A DNA stretch of 64,000 nucleotides from Paraphysomonas bandaiensis. Taxonomy: Eukaryota; Protista; Chrysophyceae. A program made the position numbers and the translations under genes. How positions within the stretch are numbered: the stretch's first letter is position 1; each line of letters begins with the position of its first letter. Positions 21,756 through 34,931 of this stretch are shown here, piece after piece. The stretch spans positions 62,001 to 126,000 of the forward strand of contig CBFFRP010000445.1 of assembly GCA_965644295.1 (NCBI GenBank), in the 5' to 3' direction. The notes beneath the pieces were generated by a model that saw only the letters and a list, made by a program, of their open reading frames with translations, was not told the DNA's origin and searched no databases.

Positions 21756-22600
21756 TCACTGTATATGTTCGAAAGAATATATATATAATATATACCAAAT
21801 AATTTCAAACCACTCCTCCAACGTGGGCATTTCCATACCAGAGGGGTTACCTTCGTTATCACTAAAATAATTTGCAGTCTGGCCGCCATTGTAATGTGTT
21901 AACGCATTAGTCAATATAGCTGCTACCACAATATGCACTGCTACATCAATTAATAGTACTTTTAATTGTGACTTATACGTAATATAAATCCAATTTTCAG
22001 TGATCTTTCCATTGACCCACTCCACACAAGTACGACAAGTGCTCTCGATCCTTTCAAATTCTTCATGGTGTCAGCAGTGCTAAAGAAGAAGGAAGGTGAT
22101 GAACGAAAATCTTGTCGCCAATCTTCGTGAAGCGGTATATTGAAACGTCAAAGGGGTTGCTCAAAGGGCGGCAGGTCTGATATTGCTATGCATCTAAATC
22201 TTGCTGTGATCCAAGATGGGGGCCATTAAAATAGGTGATGAGTCCAAATGCATTTTCACTCAATATGTACAAAAGTTTGTGATCCTAGAATTACAACAAA
22301 CAATACAACATTGAAAAGTACACCTTCTTGAATCCACCGTATATCTGAGCTTGAATATCAAGATTCACTCTTTGTCCATAGGCGTTAAATCTTATCGCTC
22401 CCTGTCGGCATATTCGGATGCCGTTATATGCCTCTACAACATTTCGAATGCAAGAGTTGTGTATTCCTCAAGGATGTAGGTTTGATTTCTTGGCTTGAGA
22501 TGCTGATCTCGATGTTTCAAGGTGTGGGAGACGCCAATCAAGATGAGAGACGCGGTGACGATGGAAGGTGTGGATATGGCTGGCCTGAATAATTCCCAAG
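21756..22600 (-). pseudogene. Degenerate PIF/Harbinger DDE transposase
   Basis: Relic motifs IRICR, QIYGGFKK.H, FNGPHLGSQQD, IGDKIF, RTCVEWVNG and AILTNA..GGQTANYF..PTLEEWF, broken by stops and frameshifts. Confidence 0.8.
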
Positions 22601-22688
22601 CCATAAAAATGTTTCGTTTATCAAGTAAACTTGTAAGAAACGTAAATAACTTCGAAATATATGCAGCCCTTCTTGCCTGTTAAGGACA

Positions 22689-22815
22689 CTGTACTGCCAT
22701 ACTGTACTGCCATACTGTACTGCCATACTGTACTGCCATACTGTACTGCCATACTGTACTGCCATACTGTACTGCCATACTGTACTGCCATACTGTACTG
22801 CCATACTGTACTGCA
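22689..22815. repeat. 13-bp tandem repeat (CTGTACTGCCATA)n
   Basis: About 9-10 perfect units. Confidence 0.97.
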
Positions 22816-23869
22816 GTACAAACCAAGGTGCTTATCGGCATCCTTTGTATATTTTTGTTCAAAGAATGCTCTAATATTGAGACAACAATTATGTGTATTC
22901 CAGCTGTAGTTATATTGCACAAATATAGAGTATATTTGCTTCAATTTAATCCCGATAAAATAAGATGCTGACTGCCGATATGTGGAACATGCAAGCATAA
23001 GAAATGAGTAGCAAATCCAGCACTTTTTGGCCCCCTAAATATTATAAAAACGTAATTTCGGTATTTTTTGGACCAAAATATACACTATATTAATATCAGT
23101 ATAAATGGTATAGTGTAGATAGTACTGCTATATATGGGGTGTGATTTAACCAATTAAAAGTATGAATTTGATTATACGCATCAATCATTGGTAAATTGTT
23201 ATATATCTATGTATATATACAGCATCTCATCCTCGTTATCGTCTAGTGGATCCCATAACTACCATGAAATCTCTATAACCACATCATAAACATGAAGATC
23301 ATAAAGAAGATATCCTTCTACACTCATATCTATTACATTAATACATTCAGACATGCAAATAAGTCACTGTTTGTTCCTATAGGATGCACTCCATCTCTAT
23401 ACATACATACACAGATCCAGACTGTTTCTCACTATATGAGGAGAGTACATACACTTCAAACAGAAGTAAAACAATCATGTATATAATTCTTATCATCTGG
23501 TTGATTGTTCGTGTTGGGCTTGAAGTAGCATCATGGATTTGGCTTACCGAAAGCACCCCAAATTCAACGTAGTCGCTCTCATACTGATATACGTCATGAA
23601 GTCATATACATAAGATGAGGTGGTTGAGAAGTCATATATGGATTTCCCGTATTAGACCTGGTCGACTTGTGGTAACTTCGAACGAGCAGAGAGTGCCCCA
23701 TGCTGCTGTTCCAGTGACCACTTTAATCTTATTTCCCTTCTTTTAGATGTGATACATTATGTAAAGTGTTTGATATGTATGTGTTGCTTGGACGTCTGTT
23801 TTGTAGTTGTATCTTTAATTCGCTGGCTATTGTTCACGGTATTATAATTCACTCAGTTTATATTATACT

Positions 23870-24848
23870 TTATGCCCCATTTTGAAGAGCGTGCCTTAGT
23901 AAAGTGCTAGTGTTGATTAAACTTAGTAACGAATAAATTGTTAATAAAATCTCGGCGTATTCTTTTTGTGTCAGCGCCAAGCAAGATCTACACTATACTT
24001 GCATAGCCTATATGGAATAACGAGAAACCCCGCACATTAGGGGAGGAGGGGGGGGCTGCAAATGCCGTGCTAGGCCTAGTATAATGAGTCATGTATTGAA
24101 ACTCTTATTATTAGTCATATGCGTTAAGAATCTGCACCTGCGCCACTTAGTAGCTAGATGAATGCTAGACATACTAGTTAGACTTCTACCTGTAACTAAC
24201 TAGTACAAACGCTATTATCCTACTATTTAACGCTACGGAAGCTGCTTGTGCGTCGCCGCAAGCACCAATGTGCAACCATTTCCGCTCTGAGTTCTTAAGG
24301 TGAACATCCCGGATGCTTGACTTCAGCAGGCAGCCCAATACCCCGGTCACCCTTGAGGTGGGCCCATTTCGTCAGGACCCAAAGACACCTACACAAGTGA
24401 CACTTATTTGTGTCCCTTGTACCACACAAGCATTCGGCTATGAGTGGGCAGAGCAATATCTGCTGACTATGTTTGCGGCTCACGTTAGTTTCCCAGAGAA
24501 ATCTCTCTGGTACTTATCCCCCAGAACTCCACGACAAGATGCGAGTTTGACTTTGTTAATGAATAATGAGTCATGCATGGTCACGAGAAGCTCCGTGTCA
24601 TCTTTGTTAGATGATGGGAAGGTTAACATGGCACTCTGGAATCTGTGCGAATTACATATATAAGTCTTGCATAGCTATGAGAGATCCCGCGTAAACTTAG
24701 TTAATGTAACACGGGTGGGGCGGCAACAGAGTCTGCACGTGATCTATGTGGTCAGCTACGTTGGTACACGGGTGTAGGCGGGTGGTAAAATCAGGGCAAA
24801 AACTCTGTGTTTTATGTAGTGTACCGGCGAGCCTACACTATAGCCACA
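23870..24848. mobile_element. Dispersed repeat family A, interrupted by a family B insertion
   Basis: 23870-24093 plus 24576-24848 align with the uninterrupted copy at ~57775-58260. Confidence 0.75.
24094..24562 (-). mobile_element. ~470-bp non-autonomous retroelement, family B copy 1
   Basis: TSD ATAATGAGTCATG (24081-24093, 24563-24575; 16 bp if one mismatch is allowed). Homologous to 47808-48288. Its 3' ~190 bp is shared with the LINE at 25416. Confidence 0.85.
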
Positions 24849-25415
24849 CTGTCGGAATGGGCTAATTATAAATATTGTAGTTTATGTCCATTGTCGACAT
24901 ATTATTATTATTATTATTCATCACACATAAGTGTGCCAGAAGAGAACCTGTTTTATAAGTAAATTCAAACATCACTTACTTTTCTATAACTATGAAGTTG
25001 ATTTCCTTTGCATTATATACTACTATGATGCATTATTTTTGCCAACACTACAGGTTCTAGGCATTATAAATAGGTCTGATATGAATAGTTTTCAATTATA
25101 GTAAAATTACATAAACGAAGATACTTCTTTTCTATAATCAATATAAATAAATAGATAGCATATATAAATGTCAACAGAGTACCGACAATGTGGTTTGTAT
25201 TTGGAGAGACGTGCTTTGTAATCCATACAATAGTTGTTTTGTTGAACTAGCTAAGTTTTTTCTCAGCAACTACTACACCATATATAGTCTTCTACGGAAC
25301 TTGAGAAAAAGATATAATGAATGACATAATGATCTTGAAACTATACCGAGTCTAAAATTGAAAGTTGAAATAAGTTGTACATTTTTTACCTAATCACGTG
25401 TAGTTTCGCTTAAAT

Positions 25416-26921
25416 ATATTAAACGTCTTTTTATTTAGCAGTAGGCGTTAGAAACCTGTACCAATATAGTGGTTAGTTGAATGCTAGTCATGCTAGTTAG
25501 ACCTCTACCCATAACTAATCCGTACAAATTCCATTATCCTACTATTTAACGCTACAGAAGCTGCTTGTGCGTCGCCGCAAGCACCAAGAGGTGCAACCAC
25601 TTCCGTTCTAAATTTTGTTTGTGAGTTTTGCCCTGCTTGTGCGTCTTTGACTCACTGGCGCGTGATGTCTGGGGGTCTTCCCTTAGGATACGGCTCTACC
25701 AGGCTCTGTGGTACAGGGTTTTGCATTAATGTCCGAAGTGTACCAAGTACTATAGATGGGTGTTCTGTGAGGGGAGTGGAGTGGTTGAGGGTGTCGTTGT
25801 TTCCTTGCATCGCTTGGGCATCAGGCATAGGTGTAGTTGCCGGAGACGGCGTCTTTGTCGAGGACCAGATGTTTTCAAGCAGTCCGGTGCTTTATTCCTG
25901 CGTGCATGAGAGGTGGTGCATGTGGTTGCAGTGGATGGTAGTCCCGTCTCTGGTCGTCTTTGGACTCCTAGTAATCGTAGCACCCTTGGGCGTTTCCATT
26001 TCCGTTTGTGTTGCGGGCGCGGTCGCGGGAGTAACCTAGGGGGTCCTTTGTGTGAGGTAATGTATCGTCGACTTCGGTCCTGAATCATTAATTTAGCGGC
26101 GTCGAAAAGCGGTTGAAGCAAGCTGATGACCGCTGTTTCGAGATTGCGCAGACCTTGGGTTGTCAAGGGCTGATGGATGTGATCTCCAAAAATCGTCTCT
26201 AGTTGTGCAGTGGTGATGGTACCTGTCCAGAATCTTTCCACCTGTGGTACGGAAGGGTTCCAGGCCCGGTTGGAGAGTCTCTTTAGCACATTGGTGGTCC
26301 AATGGGGTAAAACCGAATTTCTCAGTACCTCTTGAAGCGCGTTTTTGTGGTTGTGAAATGCCGATTCCCTTATTTGAGTGATGGCGTCATATGTGCAGTC
26401 TAGGCACATGTGCTTGAGGGAGTCCAATCTAAATCCGCAGTCAGAACAGACGGCTTTGGTCAGGTCTAGTCCGTGTTTAGTTTTAGCCCGGTTTCGACCT
26501 ATGCTGAAGGATTTGTCCCATGTCACTGCTGCATTGAGCACTCGTTGAGCACTCGTTGGCGTAGGTGGGAGCTATCTTTTTCCTTTGTTGGACCACCACC
26601 TGCTTGCGCCAGTTTGCGCGGGAGTAGTGCCCCACTGTCTGTCCAGTATCTGGGTGCCCTGTCGGGATTGTGACCGTAGTGTTGATCTCTGTATGCAGTG
26701 TAGAACTCCAGCGTCCGTTGTCTGCGGAGGGACTGGAAGTCTGTTAGCAGGGGGCTCGTACGAAATGGCCGTCGTTCCCCCGAAATGCGCCAGTGCCATA
26801 AGCCCGCGGTGAGTATTCGCTCGATGGCTTGGTCTACTTCTATGTTACAAACAGTGTAGTTTTGTCTGCCCAGTAGACGATCACTCTCAAGCCAGTCTTC
26901 TCCAGCTATTGCGTCTGCCCA
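25416..26921 (-). mobile_element. 5'-truncated non-LTR retrotransposon (LINE) fragment
   Basis: Perfect 16-bp TSD GTAGTTTCGCTTAAAT (25400-25415, 26922-26937). Frameshifted ORF with CSDC-x8-H-x4-C knuckle and WADAIAG, which resembles the end of RNase H. GC-richer than the flanks. Confidence 0.88.
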
Positions 26922-27574
26922 GTAGTTTCGCTTAAATCTTTGGCCACTCAAAAGGCATTCAAGGGTAGTACTTGTAAATATCTCAATACGAAGAAGTCAG
27001 GCTAAGTGCTTCTATAACGACGCAACTTATGAACGGTTGGTTATTTTTAAGTCTGTGTGTAATGTATAGTGTGAAGCGTATACATCATATTGCACCTTAT
27101 ATTGTGTGAAAATATAGTTGATGAGCAGTGAAACAATGTGCGCTATGTTTCGTGTATCTTAACAATTGGGATATAAATATGACTTAGCAAGTAATATAAG
27201 AAAACCAACATAGACAAATGCAGAGGAATCATGCATCTTTAAGACTCACTTCATACAAGGCCAATACTCGAGTAGTTTCATTCCATACAAGCAAATTGTT
27301 ATGGAGTGGGCCTCAAGAAGAGAACCTGTGGGACAGTTGCAAGAGTAACGAATGTCCGCTTCAAACATAATTGCATTATTAATGACTAAAAATATAATAC
27401 CACTGCTTGCTTACAGCAAGAGAGCAATTCCCGTCTATCTTATCTAGCATACATATAAGCAACGAGTACGCATTATCCTCTGCGTGGAGTTTCACATAGA
27501 ATGTAGCCATAGCCTTCTTCATTTTCTACATGCAAGTGAGGCAGCTACTTCTTGTTTAGTAGGAAAGAAAGACA

Positions 27575-29011
27575 TTATGACAATTGTCCACAAGATGCTA
27601 TCACAATGTTAGCATGAGTTTTGCCCTGATACATAGTCCACTCATTAGCACATAAAAAAGCAGTAGCGCAGTGTGGATAGTCAATACGACGATGAAAACA
27701 CCAGTGATTATCAGTGGTTGGTATGGTTTCACTGTTGTCACAGTGGCATGGTATATAAGACAGCAGAGTGCTCACCGACGCTGACCCCAGGGCTTCTATG
27801 GCCCTCACAGTGTTCATACCCCGACTGACGTGTCCGACTACAACATGCACTCCGTCCAGATGTGGTGTAGGTCCTAGACATATGAAGAACTGGCAGAATC
27901 GGTTATTATATTGTATAATTATACAAACACCAATATTTCTATTAAAAAGCAAATATAGTAGTGTGTTTCCATTACAAACCTGAGCTCCATTCGTGTTAGG
28001 TCCACGGTTGGCCATGGAAACCACTCCAGCACACGAGTGACTGTATTAGAGTCAGTAAAAATTCTTTAAGCAGCATGGAAATCATTGCAGGAATTTAGCT
28101 TACTTGAGGACAAAATTCTCATCTTCGAATTTCCCCCCATATATGGATCCTGAACTTCCGCCGACACCATCCCTTTTCTACATATAAAGACACATCACTA
28201 GACTCTATCATTCCCAAGAAAGAATAACGAACGTTAATATCTCCAGCTTGAATCATGAACTGTGGAATGACACGATGGAAGGTACAGCCTTGGTATGTGA
28301 GGTTTCCACCTTTCTCTCCTAGATATACATTATGGTATAATCAACCTCATATATGCGAGCCCCGTCAAATGTGGATTCACCTGTGCAAAATGCTCGGATA
28401 TTTTCAGCCCTATAGTAGTATATATTAGAACACTATTACATTAATACACTTCCACAAGATGGCAACATATTAACACAGACATACCATCATATATGTATAT
28501 ATATGCATCAACACACATTAACAAGACACTAATACACATTACTATACCCCCGTATACACTACCATACTCGAATATGATATACATGCATTCCTCCTCACTA
28601 CTATATATCCATATACATGCATCCTCATCCACAATATATGCATACAAACGTACATACATACATGCATACAGTACTACATATCAATAAGTAGTAGTGTCCT
28701 CATACAATCATACACTAACACACAGATACCATCCAATACACACCCATATATCCATATATCCATCTATCTACTTACGTTTTAGGTACAACATCAGCAGCTA
28801 ATGTAATCTCAATTCTTCCTATAGGTTCCCTATACACAGCAATTGATTAAATGATGCATTTCTATAGTAGTTTACGTAACTCCTCAACTGAAATATCTAA
28901 ATACACTACTGGATTAGTAGATGAATTAGATTGTTGTCCTACCCATTCAGGGATGATAATCGGATCATCATGAGTATTTGTATGAGATTTTTTTGAATGT
29001 TCAGTTCCCAT
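27575..29011 (-). CDS. Cyclophilin-type peptidyl-prolyl isomerase, multi-exon
   Basis: [70 protein letters not shown] and IVIASCGQL across GT-AG introns. Confidence 0.93.
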
Positions 29012-29179
29012 TATTGATTCTATATGTATGTATATGGAGTGCTTGTTAAGAGTGTGATATGAACGACGAGTTGGTGTATATATGTGTATGTATAGATAGA
29101 GAGAGACGAGTACATGTGGAGTTGGTCTAGTAGTACATGTAGTTAATGTAGCAGTACATGGTGTATATAGATTATATAC

Positions 29180-29612
29180 ATAGATTATATAGAGCAGTAC
29201 ATATTACCTATAGAGCATGTTTATCTATAGAGCAGTGCATATTATCTATAGAGCAGTACATGTCGTTAATTATCTATAGAGCAGTACATATTATCTATAG
29301 AGCAGTACATGTGGTTAATTATCTATACAGCAGTACATATTATCTATAGAGCAGTACATATTATCTATAGAGCAGTACATGTGGTTAATTATCTATACAG
29401 CAGTACATATTACCTATAGAGCAGTACATGTCGTTAATAGAGCAGTACATATTGTCTATAGAGCAGTACATATTATCTATAGAGCAGTACATATTACCTA
29501 TAGAGCAGTACATGTCGTTAATTATCTATACAGCAGTACATATTATCTATAGAGCAGTACATGTCGTTAATTATCTATAGAGCAGTACATATTATCTATA
29601 GAGCAGTACATG
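29180..29612. repeat. 21/28-bp minisatellite (TATAGAGCAGTACATATTATC variants)
   Basis: Read directly. Confidence 0.92.
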
Positions 29613-30315
29613 TTGAGTATGTTCTGCTGGACTACAGGTTTGTATTTTAGTATACAGGTGGCCACCTTTACAAAATATCAAACTTACATGCTACAAACTA
29701 GAAAATAGTCTTTCTACAAAGAACTCACCCCTCATGCAAGTCATCTTAACAATCTTTTCTAAACTACCATACCATCATTTAAACTACCTAATCATTTAAA
29801 GAGTTATGAGTAAACACTATCTCTTTCTAAAGATATATGTGTGTATATCTTCAGTGTCTATTTCATGACCGTTGAGAGAAATTTGGTCTGTTTTTTTTAT
29901 ACAGTGTATTCTACTCTACTACAAACCGTATTATAACCTCATCGACATTATCCTCATCATCAGCACTTCCAAATTACCGCAAAATTTTAGTCATATAATA
30001 AACTATATACTATACAGTATCATATATATATAAATTTAATTGCAAAATTTATGAAATAATTTCCGTAAAAAGAATTGAAAATTTCATCCCCCCCAAAAAA
30101 AATTGTAAAAATTACTTCAAAAATTCAGTAATTTATGAGCCTTTAATTTCATGTATGTATGTATATACACACACATACACATACATACACATACATACAT
30201 ATATATATATATATATACACATATATATATGAGGAGACGGCTGGGCTTCAGTTCATCTTCTTAAACACACTCCTTTCAAAATATTCATCCATTACAAAAG
30301 AAGATTATATCAAAT

Positions 30316-33300
30316 ATGTATGAAATGCGTAATCCAATGCAGCAACCGGTAAATCCTTCAATCTAATCAACTCCATCTTTCATCTTATGTATGTATATGT
30401 AGGGCACACGATCACATCGACATGAAGATTCGATGGTGATGTATGCTAATTCATCTTCTGATATTTCTCAATGGCATTTAGATAGTTTAAATATTGAACA
30501 ATCACGTTGTAGTAATAGAGAAAATCTTGAAGCTATGGGAGGAGTGGAATCTTTAGCAAGTAAACTTGGAGTTGATCCATCGAAGGGTCTTTCATACACT
30601 CAAATAGAAGAAATGCGTCGTAAATATGGGAATAATATCTTTCCAGAATCACCAATGAGTACATTTATTGAACTCTTTTTGGAATCATTTCAAGATGTTA
30701 TTATTATTATATTAATGTGTGCATCTGCTGTATCACTTGGGATTGGTATATGGGAGAATCCTCGTACAGGATGGATAGAAGGAACTGCAATATTAATTGC
30801 TGTATTACTTGTGGCATTTGTAACAGCGGGAAATAATTATTCGAAAGAACTTCAGTTCAGAGCATTGGAGAAGAGTTCCCAACAAGATGAGCGTTGCTCT
30901 GTGCTCAGGAACAACACGATAGAGAGAATTAACCCCATAGAACTTGTAGTTGGAGATATTCTTATTCTTCAGGTGAGCAGATATTAATTTGCCGCAACGC
31001 ACATTACTGAGCTGTATAACCCTGACTTGTGTTGTTGTTGAAATATCACTCATATATGTGCATCAGTCCGGAGATTCCATCCCTGCTGATTGCGTGATGC
31101 TGGATGAGGGGGTTGTCCACAGCAATGAGAGCGCACTCACTGGTGAAGCGGAGGACTTACCTAAAAGCAAGGATAAGGACTGCTTCCTACTCTCGTCCTG
31201 CTTGCTGACGGAAGCTGAAGATAAGCACAGAGCTCTGGTCATAGGTACGACTATCATCTGTACGCGTCATGTGCTGCGCACCTTGCTGCTATGTGTTACG
31301 TATTACAGCAGTTCATGTGAGAAATTGATTATAGGTATTGGTCAATCCTCTCAGTGGGGCAAGATAAAGGCAAACCTGGTTTCCGAGGCTGTGAACACGC
31401 CGCTCCAGGATAAGTTAGAAGACATGGCTGGCCTGGTGAGTGGACGCATGTAGATGATGTGTGTATAATCTAATGTTTTTTTCTTAGATTGGATACATCG
31501 GCACTGGCGCTGCTGTAGGCACCTTCATCGCAATGGTAGCCTCCATTTGGCTGCGCCACCACGGGAATAACGTATTAGATGGGTTTGTCGAAGCATTTAT
31601 CATTGCGGTGACCATCATTGTTGTCGCTATCCCGGAGGGTCTACCTTTGGCTGTGACCATCTCCCTTGCGTACTCTACAAAGAAGATGTATGAGGATCAG
31701 TGCTTTATTAGGGTTCTTGCTGCTTGTGAGACAATGGGCAACGCCACCAATCTCTGCTCTGATAAGACTGGAACATTAACTGAGAACAGGATGACGGTAG
31801 TTGAGGCCTGGATGGGAGACAAGAAGTACTCACAGGTACCCGCTCAGGGGATACAGTGATGTGGTGTATGTAAAGTGTAGTACTGTGTAATGTACTTGCC
31901 TGTACCATGCAGTGTTATGTGTAAATTCAAAATTATGTATGTAAATATTTGACAAAATGTCAGGTCGAATTCGACAATTGCATGGCGGCCAAAGTCGTGA
32001 AAGATATCGTCGCTGAGAACAGCTGCATAAACCGTGTGGCGTATCTAATTTATGTGGACGGAAATGGAAACCGTCTCCCACGACCCAATATAATTGGCAA
32101 TAAGACTGAGGGAGCCCTGATATTGATGGCCAAAGCCTGGGGATTCGATTATGACGAGGTGAAGGACAGATTGTTCGACGAGAAGCGAGACAAGGTCTTT
32201 TCCTTCAATAGCGCTAAGAAACGGTCGACCGCAGTGGTTCATAGGGCCGATGGAAGTGTTAGACTCTATGTTAAGGGTGCCCCTGAATGGATTCTAACAG
32301 ACTGCACGTCTTATCTTCTCTCTGATGGGTCTGTGGCCACCATGACCCAGGCAAAGAAGAAGGAGATAGAAGATCACATAAATGCGATGGCGAACAATGC
32401 CCGACGCACTCTCTGTTTGGCCCATAAAGACTTTAAAAGTGTTTCCATGCTTCCTCCCAACTGGGCCCAGAGCCCCCCTGATAACTCCGGTCTCTGCTGC
32501 GATTGTGTGGTGGGTATTATCGATCCCCTTAGAGGTGACGTCAACGACGCTGTGGCCACAGCCCAACGTGCTGGTGTAACCGTTCGTATGGTGACGGGAG
32601 ACAATCTCAATACTGCCTGTGCCATTGCCAAGCAGTGCGGAATCTTGACAGCAAATGGACTGGCTTTAGAGGGACCGGTGTTTCGAGCTATGACTCCTGC
32701 GCAAGTTGATGCCGTCCTGCCACGACTTCAAGTGCTGGCTCGCTCGTCTCCGGATGATAAGTACCTCTTGGTGACCCGATTAAACGGATACGCCCTTCCC
32801 ACCACCGAGGAAGAGTGGCGCGAGAAGCACAAAGACAAACCCGGAGTGTCATGGGCCACAGATAGAGACAGAATCATGCCGGGATACAGAGATGAGTGGG
32901 AAGCCACCCGTCCAGATGGTGGACACGTTGTTGGCGTTACTGGAGACGGAACGAACGATGCCCCCGCTCTTAAGGTAATTATTCAATTATTCACCTCTGC
33001 AAATTGAGTATTAACTGAATCTGAAAGGCTGCTGATGTGGGATTGGCAATGGGTATTACTGGTACCAAAGTCGCCCAGAGTGCATCGGACATCGTTATCC
33101 TCGATGATAAATTCAGTTCCATTGTCCGCGCCATCATGTGGGGCCGCTCTGTGTATGACAACATCAGAAAGTTTCTCCAGTTTCAGCTCACTGTCAATGT
33201 TGTGGCTCTCACAATTGTGTTCGTGGGTGCTGTCGCTGGGTTTGATCCTCCACTCAATGCCGTAATGATGCTCTGGTATGATATATAGTGAGGTAAATAT

Positions 33301-34202
33301 TCTAAGTTAATCTTATTTGCACTGCAGGGTGAATCTCATTATGGACACCATGGGGGCCCTTGCCCTCGGTACGGAACAGCCCTCAGAGACACTCCTACAC
33401 AGACGCCCTTACAAACGCTCAGCTCGGCTCATCTCTAAGCCTATGTGGAGGAATATAATTTGTCAGTCCATTTTCCAGGTGGTGCTGTTGCTGTTCTTGC
33501 TCTTCAAAGGTGCAAAGTTGTTTGATGTGCCCAAGGGTGACTGGTGCAGCGACTATTTTAGACTGTCCGACAGTGAGAAGTTTACATGGGATCCGGCCAC
33601 AGGCAAGCGATCGGCTGTTGAGAACTATAGACTTACATGCAAGTCATTTGAGGACTATTGTCCGGAACTCAGTGGCGAGTGTTATGACGCCACCCATTTG
33701 GCTGGAGATGGGGTCACGGAGTTCTCGTTTTCAGACATGAAACACTTTGCAGGGTCATGCATGGAGTGCCACACGCACTCATACGTCCACACGACAATCA
33801 TATTCAACGCATTTGTCTTCTGCCAGATTTGTAATGAGTTCAACGCAAGATCTCTATTTGATGATGTGTACGTGCTGTCGGGGCTCTCATCTAACCCCAT
33901 CTTTCTGGCGGTTATTGTTGTCACAGTCTTCCTTCAGTACCTGATCGTTACCTTTGGTGGGGATTTCACCAGGACATCTCCCCTTGATCTCCATCAATGG
34001 ATGATCACTGTGGGACTTGGACTGATTGCCTTCCCTATTGGTAAGTACTACACACTTTTTGATGACCAGTATTTACATTGGCGAAACAGGCTTTATTATG
34101 AGGTTTATCCCCTGTGAGGAGGACCCAGAAGATTTTTTCTGTGATATGGGAATGGATTCGAGTCGAACTGCTTATCTACCCAAGCCATCAGGTATGAAAT
34201 GA
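30316..34202 (+). CDS. P2B (PMCA/ACA-type) Ca2+-transporting ATPase, multi-exon
   Basis: [65 protein letters not shown]. Final exon ends ...KPSGMK* at 34202. Start ATG is inferred. Confidence 0.95.
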
Positions 34203-34931
34203 AGCCCCAATATGTCACACAGCGCATTTTGCTGCTCAATCGAAGCTATGTTTTTATGGGTCTTGTTTTTCAGGGGGCTTTGACGTACTTTCGGACAATT
34301 CCTCTCACAACCTCTTAGGAGTGCGCAGCCCTCATAATGGCAGTTCCTACAAACATATCTCATCAAACCGCCCCTCGTCGGGCTACTTCAGATAGCTTCC
34401 TTACTCCTGTGCCACTGTGCCTGTATACGATATATCCATTGAAATGTACTGGCAAATGTTTTTTGGTTCAGCCCATATTTAATCTGTTGCTACACGATTT
34501 GTATGCCCGTTTGTAGCTCGTTGTCACTTTACGCGTGGAATATCCTCGCTTACATCGCGTTGGTAGCCGTAATAAAAAGACAGTAATTTCAGAACCAACA
34601 ATGCATGCAGCATACTCTTTCGAAAAACTCTGTGATATGTTCGAAAGACAGTGTACGGTGTAGTGTGTTGCAGGGCCTGGTAACCATTAACGGTAATGGC
34701 GATTTGAGATTAGCTATGTATCATAGCAATGTAGTTGAGTATAATTCACAATACATAGCATCAAAAGTACTATAGCTCTATTATCTGACTGATATTCTTC
34801 AGACTTTAGCATACTTGCATGCAACGTGGTCAACAAGTTACTGAACGCAAAAACATATATGGAACCTAAATTTAATTATTACAGATGTATTTTATCAGCT
34901 AATCTATAGAGAATGAACGAATTCTAGGATA

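Noticed and set aside
24313-24663. Similar ORFs at 24313-24663 and 48119-48478 as a small gene family
   Set aside because: They lie within family B repeat copies, have different starts and ends, and run past the element boundaries.
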